Assembly: GCA_964457335.1 (NCBI GenBank)
Contig: CAYWGD010000017.1
Location: 11,069-75,068 of the forward strand
Origin: an uncultured Enterobacteriaceae bacterium
GTDB taxonomy: Bacteria; Myxococcota_A; UBA796; SXON01
Length of the DNA stretch: 64,000 bases
Direction of reading: 5' to 3'
The position numbers and the translations under genes are program-made. Of this stretch, positions 39,799 to 46,811 are shown one piece after another (positions within the stretch are counted from its first letter, which is position 1; the number at the start of each line of letters is the position of its first letter). The notes below the pieces were generated by a model. That model worked only from the letters and a program-made list of their open reading frames with translations, was not told the origin of the DNA and did not search any database.

Positions 39799-40296
39799 CT
39801 ACACGACCGAGGCCCCGGCCGCCGCCACCGCCGCCAGGAAGCCGGGCACGTCGGCCGGGGTGACGTAGACGCGCCGCTCCCCACGCACCCACACGCCCTC
39901 GTAGGCCGTGGCGGCGGCGTGGTAGCGCCCCTCGGCGTCCACGAAGAGCCCGAGGCAGAACGGCGGGACCGCCGTGCCGCTCAGCTTCCACCCGGAGAGC
40001 GGGCCGGTCGACACGCGCGCGCCGCGGAGCGGGACCCGCACGGCCGCGAAGTGCGCGGGGACGACGAGCACGTCGCCCTCGACGCGGTAGCGGAGCGGGC
40101 GGCGGGCCAGGGTCGCCACCCACGCGATCAGGAGGCAGATGCCGGCCGAGGTCGCGAGGTAGAGCACGAGCGACGATCGCGGCCCCGTGGCGACCACCGG
40201 CAACAGCGCGAGGAACTGGACCGCGAACAGCCCCCCGAGCGCGGCGAACAGCGCGTAGGCCGACTTCGGGAGGGGGACGGAGGGGAACTCGGGCAT
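39799..40296 (-). CDS. Small membrane protein (two TM helices plus a soluble C-terminal domain, possibly bacterial PH-like)
   Basis: Two hydrophobic helices followed by RRPLRYRVEGDVLVVP.... The domain assignment is tentative. Confidence 0.5.
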   Translation of the reverse strand: MPEFPSVPLPKSAYALFAALGGLFAVQFLALLPVVATGPRSSLVLYLATSAGICLLIAWVATLARRPLRYRVEGDVLVVPAHFAAVRVPLRGARVSTGPLSGWKLSGTAVPPFCLGLFVDAEGRYHAAATAYEGVWVRGERRVYVTPADVPGFLAAVAAAGASVV

Positions 40297-40470
40297 CGGG
40301 GGGGTGGACCTCCCTATCCGCTTGAGCCCGGCGTCGGTTAGCTCCGCCGCATGCTGCTCGTCCTGACTGCGTCCGTGCTGGCGGTGGCGCGGTCAGCGGG
40401 CCCAGAGCCTTGCGACGCTCCGTCTTGACCCCCGGATGCCCGTTCGTGTAGAACCCGGGCTCCGGAGTAC

Positions 40471-41739
40471 ATGATGTCTATGGAAACCCTCAAGGCCAAG
40501 CTGCTGGCGATTCAGGCCCGCATCCCGATGGTGCGAGGCCGCGGTGAGGAGGCCACGAAGCAGGCGCTCGTGCTGCCGATGCTCGATGCCCTTGGCTATG
40601 ACATCTGGAACCCGCACGAGGTCTGCCCCGAGTTCGAGGCGGACTTCGCCGTGAAGAAGCAGGGCCAGAAGGAGAAGGTTGACCTTGCGATCTTGCTCAA
40701 CGGAGAGGCCCGGGCGTTCCTGGAGGTGAAGCCGGTCGACGAGCCCCTTGATGGCCACCAGGGGCAGCTCGCCCGCTACTTCAACGGCGCCCCGACGGTC
40801 TCGTTGGGGGTGCTCACCAACGGCGTCGAGTACCGCTTCTACACAGACACGGGGGAGCCCAACATGCTCGACGCGGCACCCTTCTTCGTGTTGCGCCTCG
40901 ACAGCATCGATCTGGGGCTCGACGTTCTGGCGCGGTTCCACCGCTCGGCGTTCTCGCCCAGCGCGATCCGCGAGTACGCTACGGAGCTCAACTACACCGC
41001 CCGCATGACCGCGCTGCTCCGCCAAGAGCTCGACCTCCGGAACCGAGAGCCCTCGGAGGCGCTGGTCCGGTGGGTGCTCGGATCAGAGGGCATGTACGAC
41101 GGGCGCGTCACCGCCGGCGTGGTCGAGCGCTTCCGCCCCATCGTGAAGAACGCTGTGCAGATCGTGTTGCGAGACATCGTGCGGCGCTCCGTCGCCGCGC
41201 TCGACGAAGGAGTGACCGCTCCCCAGGTCGAGAGCGCGCCGCCGGCCCTGCAGCCCGCGATCCAGGCGTCGGCGACGGCGACGCCTGCGGAGGCGGCGCC
41301 CGACGGGGGCGGCAAGGTGATCGTGACCACGGAGGCCGAGCTTGCTGCGTACGCCATCCTGCGGGAGCAATTTCAGAGCAGCGCCCTCGCGGGCGCGCGC
41401 ATCTACGACGCGACAGCGAAGAAGGACGTCGCCATCGAGATCGCGCATAAGGACACAACCGGGTACTTCGGCGTGTACTTCAACAAGCCTGCCTGGTGGT
41501 TCGCGCGCCTCCAGATGGACAGCAAGCAGCCGTGGGTGGCCTTCAACATCGACGCTGCCTCGGCGCCGTCACTGCTCCCCTCGGGCTTCTCGCTCCTCCC
41601 ACCGAGCGCGTTCGCTGACGTTCGGGTGGCCATCCGTAGCCCGGACGACCTCCACGCATTGAATCGGATCGCTTTCGCCGCCATGAGCCGCACGCTCGAG
41701 GAGCGAAACCGCGGTCGGGGAGAGGGCGACGGCGCGTAG
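40471..41739 (+). CDS. Stand-alone PD-(D/E)xK nuclease-fold protein of the type I restriction HsdR N-terminal (HSDR_N_2) type, with an uncharacterised C-terminal half
   Basis: EATKQALVLPMLDALGYD, then D-x11-E-x-K (VDLAILLNGEARAFLEVKP), then LTNGVEYRFY. There is no helicase or methylase partner. Third codon positions are visibly less G/C-biased than in flanking genes. Confidence 0.75.
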   Translation: MMSMETLKAKLLAIQARIPMVRGRGEEATKQALVLPMLDALGYDIWNPHEVCPEFEADFAVKKQGQKEKVDLAILLNGEARAFLEVKPVDEPLDGHQGQLARYFNGAPTVSLGVLTNGVEYRFYTDTGEPNMLDAAPFFVLRLDSIDLGLDVLARFHRSAFSPSAIREYATELNYTARMTALLRQELDLRNREPSEALVRWVLGSEGMYDGRVTAGVVERFRPIVKNAVQIVLRDIVRRSVAALDEGVTAPQVESAPPALQPAIQASATATPAEAAPDGGGKVIVTTEAELAAYAILREQFQSSALAGARIYDATAKKDVAIEIAHKDTTGYFGVYFNKPAWWFARLQMDSKQPWVAFNIDAASAPSLLPSGFSLLPPSAFADVRVAIRSPDDLHALNRIAFAAMSRTLEERNRGRGEGDGA

Positions 41740-41817
41740 GACTTCGATCGCGCCCTCGTCCTATGGGCTCTCGTGCACGCGGGTCGGCTCACCACCGTTG
41801 TCCGCTCGGAGGCGTGA

Positions 41818-42384
41818 ATGGTTGATCGCCGAGGATTCCTGGTTGCCGCCGCCGTCGTCGGGATTGCTGGGCCTGCGTACGGCGGGAGTGACGACGGGAG
41901 CGCGCGAGCAGGTCGCGGAGCGGGAACGCTCCTTGTCCGGGTCCTGAACGCAGCGGCCGTCGCAGCCAGCGCCAGCCCCCTCAAGGCGAAGATCGGAGCC
42001 TTCCTGGGATTCGACCTGGAGCGCGAGGTACTCAATGAGATCGTCGATACCCTCCAGGACGAGCTGCGGGCCCGAGTGGGCCTCACCATCCAGGCGCGCG
42101 TCGTCGAGTCGCGGGAGGCCGCGTGGCGCCAGTGCGACCTGCAGGCGGGGCGGTTCGTGCCGGCAGGGGCCCCTGCCGGCGGCCAGGCGCTCGAGGTCGT
42201 GATCGAGGGGCTGCCGAGCGTGTCCGACGAGGACGCCGCGCTTCGGCCCTTCTTGCGCCGGCTCCTCGCCCCGTTCCACGAGTACGTGGCCGCCAACATC
42301 ATGGCGCAGCTCGCGGAGTACGGCGGCGAGGCGGTCTTCGGGTTCGAGGGCGGAGAGCCGAGGGGCCGCCGGGCGGAGCAATAG
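41818..42384 (+). CDS. Hypothetical protein with a twin-arginine-like signal
   Basis: MVDRRGFLVAAAVVGIAGPAYG. Atypical codons (gtt, gat, cga, gga, att, agt). No domain recognised. Confidence 0.5.
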   Translation: MVDRRGFLVAAAVVGIAGPAYGGSDDGSARAGRGAGTLLVRVLNAAAVAASASPLKAKIGAFLGFDLEREVLNEIVDTLQDELRARVGLTIQARVVESREAAWRQCDLQAGRFVPAGAPAGGQALEVVIEGLPSVSDEDAALRPFLRRLLAPFHEYVAANIMAQLAEYGGEAVFGFEGGEPRGRRAEQ

Positions 42385-42426
42385 GCGACCGGGCGAAGTC
42401 GGTTAAACGACTGGGCTTTTTTCCCC

Positions 42427-42467
42427 ACACCTTCCCGACCTGTACACCTTCGTCGTGTTGGTCGCGC
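42427..42467. repeat. Direct repeat DR-A: degenerate, frameshifted copy of the pyk 3' end (att-like)
   Basis: acaccttcccgacctgtacaccttcgtcgtgttggtcgcgc compared with 45349-45390: 39 of 42 positions identical, 2 substitutions and 1 deletion. Confidence 0.75.
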
Positions 42468-42482
42468 ATCGATTCAACGTCG

Positions 42483-42514
42483 GGTATTGCGGGCGGTATC
42501 AGTGTCGGTATCCG
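42483..42514 (+). repeat. Three phased GGTAT-N-N-G repeats just inside the left islet end
   Basis: GGTATTGcgggcGGTATCAGtgtcGGTATCCG, with repeat starts at 42483, 42495 and 42507 (exact 12-bp phasing). Confidence 0.45.
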
Positions 42515-42653
42515 CGGAAGTGCTCGTTCCCCGGACCCCGGCGAGGACCACATCCTCCTCCTCGAACAGACGCGACGCGGATCAGCGCCCCCTGCTCGCA
42601 GCCGACGAGCGCGAGGGAGAATGCGAGGACCATCGGCCGCTCCGCGGGGAGGC

Positions 42654-43511
42654 TCATACGTCACCGGGTCGCGGGGATTCAGCAAGGCCGAGGGCGCCCC
42701 GGAGGATTGCGAGCCGCTCCGTCTCGGCCTTGGTGACCTTCCCGTCGGCGGCGGCCAGCGCGGCGAGCTCCCCGTACACCGCCTCTCGCGCCTCCCGCGG
42801 CGACTCGGAGATCGCTTTCGCGTAGTCCGTGGCGGAAAACACGTCGGGCGCGACGGTATCGAAGAGGCGGATCACAACGTCCCGGCTCACCATCGCGGGA
42901 ACCGTGTCGGGGAAGAAGCGCTCGACGATGCCGACGGCGGCGAGCCGCTCCTCGTCGCGCACCCGGCGATCGGCCAACGCGACGTACTTCAGCAGGTGCA
43001 CCACCACGGCGAGCTTTGCGCGCGCCTCGTCTCGCCCAGCTTGCTCCGCTGCCTCGGCCTTGAACTTGGCGGCCAGCCGCTCCCGCTCGGCCGCATCACG
43101 CTCGCGGGCCGCCTGCAGATGCTCCTCCTTCAGGCCGCCCGCTCGCTCCTGCTGTGCACCCCACTGGGCTTCCTGCGCCGCCGCAGCGCGCTGCGCCTCC
43201 GTCGCCGTCCGCTGGGTTTCCTCCGCGCGGCGCTCCGCCGCAACCTTCTCGCGCGCCGTGGCCGCGCGCTGCGCCTCAACGCGCCGTTCGGCCGCGGTCC
43301 GCTCGCGCTCGGCCAGCTCGCTCCACCCGCACGCTCGGCAGGTGAGCGGGTTGTCCTTGTAGCGGCGGGTGGGTCCGCCGCCCTTTCGCTGGTGGAGGTG
43401 GAACGCGCGCTGCTTCCCGCACTGAGGGCAGCGTACGGCCCCCGCGTTCATGCCGAGCAGGAGCACGAGCAGGAACAGAGGGACCCCCACCAGAATCCCG
43501 GACCAGTCCAC
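42654..43511 (-). CDS. Membrane-anchored Zn-ribbon, charged coiled-coil and TerB-like domain protein
   Basis: GTG start at 43511, which includes the TM helix ILVGVPLFLLVLLLG (alternative ATG at 43451). CPQCG-x19-CRACG. About 110 aa of ERR/AEA-rich helix. C-terminal TerB-like repeats (VALADRRVRDEERLAAV; AAADGKVTKAETERLAIL). Confidence 0.7.
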   Translation of the reverse strand: MDWSGILVGVPLFLLVLLLGMNAGAVRCPQCGKQRAFHLHQRKGGGPTRRYKDNPLTCRACGWSELAERERTAAERRVEAQRAATAREKVAAERRAEETQRTATEAQRAAAAQEAQWGAQQERAGGLKEEHLQAARERDAAERERLAAKFKAEAAEQAGRDEARAKLAVVVHLLKYVALADRRVRDEERLAAVGIVERFFPDTVPAMVSRDVVIRLFDTVAPDVFSATDYAKAISESPREAREAVYGELAALAAADGKVTKAETERLAILRGALGLAESPRPGDV

Positions 43512-43589
43512 GCGCGATCTCCCGTGCGGTCGTGATGCTCGCTCAACCCGCTCGCGCTGTGCAACCCCGCCCGGTGGACGGAGTCGTCC

Positions 43590-43931
43590 ATGCCGCCTCC
43601 CGCGCTCGGCCCAGTCCGCCCAACCGAGCCCGACGACGCCCCGCGGCTCGACTCCCTCGTCCGCGAGCTCGTGGACGCCTACCGCTCCCAGGCCGACGCC
43701 CAGGACCGGCGGCACCAGGAGCTCCTCGACTCGGTGCGCACGCGGGACGAGCAGTACGCAGCCCGGGAGGCGAAGCGGGACCAACAGCACAGCGCGCTCG
43801 TCGCGTCGGTGAACGGGCTGACGGTGAGTGTCGGGGCGCTCGCCGACAAGGTCCCCGGTCGGCGGGAGCTCTGGGCCGGGGCCCCGTCGGCGCGAGTCGG
43901 CGGGGCCTTCGTGCGTCGACGGCTGGCGTAG
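43590..43931 (+). CDS. Small coiled-coil hypothetical protein
   Basis: High G/C third positions in this frame. Divergent from the TerB gene with a 78-nt spacer. No domain recognised. Confidence 0.45.
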   Translation: MPPPALGPVRPTEPDDAPRLDSLVRELVDAYRSQADAQDRRHQELLDSVRTRDEQYAAREAKRDQQHSALVASVNGLTVSVGALADKVPGRRELWAGAPSARVGGAFVRRRLA

Positions 43932-43977
43932 AGTTTCGGGCGCGGACTTCATCGGAGGGGTACTTGATGCGTCTGTA

Positions 43978-44006
43978 GTAGAAAACCAGCGATAACGCGG
44001 TTTTAC
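43978..44006 (+). other. Imperfect hairpin in an unusually AT-rich spacer (possible terminator, operator or small RNA)
   Basis: GTAGAAAACCAGCG-ATAA-CGCGGTTTTAC: 11 bp with three single-nt bulges. The surrounding 130 nt (43932-44061) are the most AT-rich non-coding stretch I noticed. Confidence 0.3.
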
Positions 44007-44061
44007 GGTTGTTCGTGTAGCATCCAGCCAGCGGCGGATCTCAACCCCCCGTCGCCTTGGA

Positions 44062-44352
44062 GTGACCATGCTGAACGAGCTTCAGCCCATCCACGATTAC
44101 CTCGTCGCCTGCGGCTTCAGCGCCCGCGACCAGGGCGACCACCTGCTCGTCGTCCGCGCCGCAACGCTGGTGGACGACCACCACGCGTCCGGCCTCGTCC
44201 GCGTGGAGGTGCGCGAGGGCGCGCCGTGGGTCGAGGGCGCGACCTTGCCTGCCGAGGACGATCTCCTGAAGGTCCTCCGCGAGGCCTTTCCCGGCGTCCG
44301 GCGCGACGAGGCGCACTGGGACCTCTGCAGGGCCCCGCCGGCAGAGCGGTGA
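44062..44352 (+). CDS. Small acidic hypothetical protein
   Basis: GGAG 8 nt upstream of the ATG and high G/C third positions. Convergent with the NDT/TIR-like gene. Confidence 0.5.
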   Translation: MTMLNELQPIHDYLVACGFSARDQGDHLLVVRAATLVDDHHASGLVRVEVREGAPWVEGATLPAEDDLLKVLREAFPGVRRDEAHWDLCRAPPAER

Positions 44353-44437
44353 GGACGCCGGGCTTGCGCTTGTGGGCGACCGCCGCGGTAAGCCAACCCT
44401 CGGCCGGCAGACGCTGCCCCTCCTAGGCCACCTGCCG

Positions 44438-45157
44438 CTACTCCGCGGCTTCCTCGCCCGTCTCTCCCGTGCCGTCCTTCGGGAGCTGCTCGTACAGGGG
44501 CCCAGGAGGCGACGGTGGGGCATCGGCGGGACGGACCAGGTAGTAGCGCGTTGCCTTGCGCGCCCCCGTGGTGCGGAGGACCCCGGCCGCGGCCAGGGGG
44601 GCCACGACGAGCTGCGCCACGGGCACGCCCACCTGGAGAATCTGGGCGATCGCCTGCATCGTCAGCCCGTCGTCGGTGGTCTCCATGAACGCGCGGAACT
44701 GGCGGCGGAGCTCGTCGAGGTGCTGCTCGATCGAGACGACCTGCGTTCGGCGCGGGTACCGCTGCTCGATGAGCGTGGCGAGCTTGCGGCCGAGCTCGTC
44801 GTAGGAGGCGTACTCGATGCGGTCCAGGCCCCGGAGGTCGGAGGGAACCTCCTTGATCTCCGTCTTCTCGGGGTTCAGGCAGATGTACCAGCTGTCGCTG
44901 TGGGCCATGGCGAAGCCCAGTTCCAGCGTCACGTTGGGGTTCCAGCCGGAGATGTCGAACAGCGAGAAGTCAGACGACCTGATGTAGCTGATGATCTTCT
45001 GCATGATGTGCATGTTCGTGATCTTCTCGTCGGCGAAGATGAACCGCACGTCGTACTGCTTCTCGAGGTCACTGAAGACCCGCCTGTAGTCGGCTTTCGC
45101 GTAGGTCTTGTAGGAGTAGGCAACGAAGACCTGCTTCTTGAGCGGCATGACAGACAT
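44438..45157 (-). CDS. Nucleoside 2-deoxyribosyltransferase/TIR-like (flavodoxin-fold) domain fused to a C-terminal winged-helix domain
   Basis: Start at M55 of ORF 44438..45319 (alternative M58 at 45148). Strand 1 is KQVFVAYSY. The motif SDFSLFDISGWNPNVTLELGFAMAHSDSWYICL matches the aD-x-v-x-a-D-x-s-G...N/D-x-G/N-T/V-x-x-E-I/L-G-Y/F-A signature of the NDT-like fold. The C-terminus (LTMQAIAQILQVGVPVAQLVVAPLAAAGVLRTTGARKATRYYL) looks like a winged helix. Confidence 0.7.
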   Translation of the reverse strand: MSVMPLKKQVFVAYSYKTYAKADYRRVFSDLEKQYDVRFIFADEKITNMHIMQKIISYIRSSDFSLFDISGWNPNVTLELGFAMAHSDSWYICLNPEKTEIKEVPSDLRGLDRIEYASYDELGRKLATLIEQRYPRRTQVVSIEQHLDELRRQFRAFMETTDDGLTMQAIAQILQVGVPVAQLVVAPLAAAGVLRTTGARKATRYYLVRPADAPPSPPGPLYEQLPKDGTGETGEEAAE

Positions 45158-45243
45158 GCGCCGTTGATTACGCGACGCGAGCGCCCGGAGCAAGCGGGTG
45201 CTCGGCCGCAGATCCCCGGGCGCGCTCCCCGTGCCAGCCCGCC

Positions 45244-45333
45244 CCGGTATCAGAAGTATCAGAAGCGCCCGGAAACCCCCTGATACCGGCGGGTACCAGC
45301 GCAGGACCGGATCGTTCACGATCCGCTGATAAG
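45244..45333. promoter_or_regulatory. Repeat cluster inside the right islet end and upstream of the NDT/TIR-like gene
   Basis: A perfect 10-bp inverted repeat CCGGTATCAG (45244-45253) / CTGATACCGG (45280-45289). A tandem GTATCAGAA x2 (45247, 45256). A palindrome GGATCGttcaCGATCC (45309-45324). CTGATAAG at 45326-45333. Confidence 0.45.
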
Positions 45334-45346
45334 CGTGGTTTTCGGC

Positions 45347-46801
45347 CTACACCTTCCCCACCGTGTACACCTTCATCGTGTTGGTCGCGCCCCGCATCGG
45401 CGTGTTCCCCGCGAGCGCGACGACCTCCTGCCCGCGCGAGATGAGCCCGCGGTCGAGGAGGATGGACTCGCCGAGGGCGATGAGCTCGTCGGTGGACGCC
45501 ACGGTGGGCGCGCGGACGGGCGTCACGCCCCACGCGAGCGCGAGGCGGTCGTAGGTGGTCTCGTTCGGCGTGAGCGCGAAGATCGGGCCCGGGGGGCGCG
45601 ACTTCGAGGCGTAGAGCGCGGTGGCGCCCGACCAGGTGAAGACCACGAGCGGCCGCGGGATCTCGCGGACCGCGTAGCAGGCGGAGCGCACCACGGTGTG
45701 CGACGGGCCCGCGAGCACGGAGACCTCCTCGAACGGCTGGCGCATCCAGCGGCTCGACTCGACCTCGCGCGCGATGCGGTCCATCGTCTCGACCGCCTTG
45801 ATGGGGTACCGCCCGCTCGCCGTCTCGCCGGAGAGCATGATGGCGTCGGTGCCGTCGACGATCGCGTTGGCCACGTCGGTGGCCTCGGCGCGCGTGGGGC
45901 GGGGGCTCCGCTCCATGGAGTCAAGCATCTGCGTGGCCGTGATGACGAGCACGCCCGCCCGGTTGGCCGCCGCGATGAGCTCCTTCTGGATGACGGGGAC
46001 GCGCTCCAGGCTCATCTCCACGCCCAGGTCTCCGCGCGCGACCATGATCCCCTCGACCACGCCGAGGATCTCCTGGATGTTCGCGACGGCCTGCGGCATC
46101 TCGATCTTCGCGATGATGGGCAGGTCGGGGACCTCGAGCCGGCGCAGGTGCTCCCGAAGCGTGAGCACGTCGGTGGCCTCGCGCACGAACGAGAGCGCGA
46201 CGTAGTCCACGCCGGCGCGCACCCCGACCTCGAGGTCCGCGATGTCCTGCTCGGTGAGGCAGGGCGCGCTGACGTTCACGCCCGGGAAGTTCATGCCCTT
46301 GTGGTTGCCGAGCGGGCCGCCGTCCTCGATGCGGATGTCGACCTCGGCGGGCGAGACGCTCCGGCGCACCTCGGTCACGTGGCCGGAGAGCGCGCCGTCG
46401 GCGAACAGCACGAGGTCGCCGGCCGTCACGTCGCCGGCCATGCCCGTGTAGGTGGTGCCGATGCGGTTGCCCGCCTGGACGTAGTCCTCGTCCATCACGA
46501 CGGTGAGGATGTCGCCCGTCTTGAGCTGGAGCGGCGTGGGGATGGTCCCCGTGCGGATCTTGGGGCCCTGGAGGTCGAGGAGGATGCCGGCCGGGCGGTC
46601 GAGGCGGGTGGCGCTGCGGCGCACGCGCGCGACGAACTCGCGGATGGCCTCCGCGGTGGCGTGCGAGCAGTTGATGCGGAACACGTCCACCCCCGCGCCC
46701 AGGAGCGCGAGGATCTGGTCGGGTTCCCGCGAGGCGGGGCCGAGCGTGGCGACGATCTTGGTGCGGCGGGGGGGCATGCGTCCTCGTACGTTCCGGGTCA
46801 C
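45347..46801 (-). CDS. pyk: Pyruvate kinase
   Basis: RRTKIVATLGPAS, FRINCSH, IIAKIE, MVARGDLGVE and ATQMLDSM motifs. The more canonical start is M9 at 46777 (MPPRRTKIV). Confidence 0.95.
   Translation of the reverse strand: MTRNVRGRMPPRRTKIVATLGPASREPDQILALLGAGVDVFRINCSHATAEAIREFVARVRRSATRLDRPAGILLDLQGPKIRTGTIPTPLQLKTGDILTVVMDEDYVQAGNRIGTTYTGMAGDVTAGDLVLFADGALSGHVTEVRRSVSPAEVDIRIEDGGPLGNHKGMNFPGVNVSAPCLTEQDIADLEVGVRAGVDYVALSFVREATDVLTLREHLRRLEVPDLPIIAKIEMPQAVANIQEILGVVEGIMVARGDLGVEMSLERVPVIQKELIAAANRAGVLVITATQMLDSMERSPRPTRAEATDVANAIVDGTDAIMLSGETASGRYPIKAVETMDRIAREVESSRWMRQPFEEVSVLAGPSHTVVRSACYAVREIPRPLVVFTWSGATALYASKSRPPGPIFALTPNETTYDRLALAWGVTPVRAPTVASTDELIALGESILLDRGLISRGQEVVALAGNTPMRGATNTMKVYTVGKV
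45349..45390. repeat. Direct repeat DR-B: the functional 3' end of pyk (att-like)
   Basis: acaccttccccaccgtgtacaccttcatcgtgttggtcgcgc. Its antisense encodes ...ATNTMKVYTVGKV-stop. Confidence 0.75.
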
Positions 46802-46811
46802 TTATCGGATC

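Larger units (their letters stand above)
42427..45390. mobile_element. Roughly 2.9-kb integrated islet at the 3' end of pyk, bounded by DR-A and DR-B. No recombinase gene is visible.
   Basis: Flanking 42-bp direct repeats, one of which is the functional end of pyk. The islet has AT-richer spacers and weaker G/C third-position bias. GGTATCAG-type repeats lie inside both ends. Confidence 0.55.

Noticed and set aside
40340-40395. A possible third copy of the pyk-3' repeat, which would imply tandem islands spanning 40.3-45.4 kb.
   Set aside because: Only a weak, gapped resemblance exists (..cgtccgtgctggcggtggcgcgg.. against ..cttcatcgtgttggtcgcgc..). It is not distinguishable from chance in this GC-rich DNA.
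40393-41025. ORF 40393..41025(-) and ORF 42123..43535(+) inside the accessory region.
   Set aside because: They are antisense to better-supported genes (the HsdR_N-type nuclease and the TerB protein). They also lack motifs, start-site context and sensible composition.
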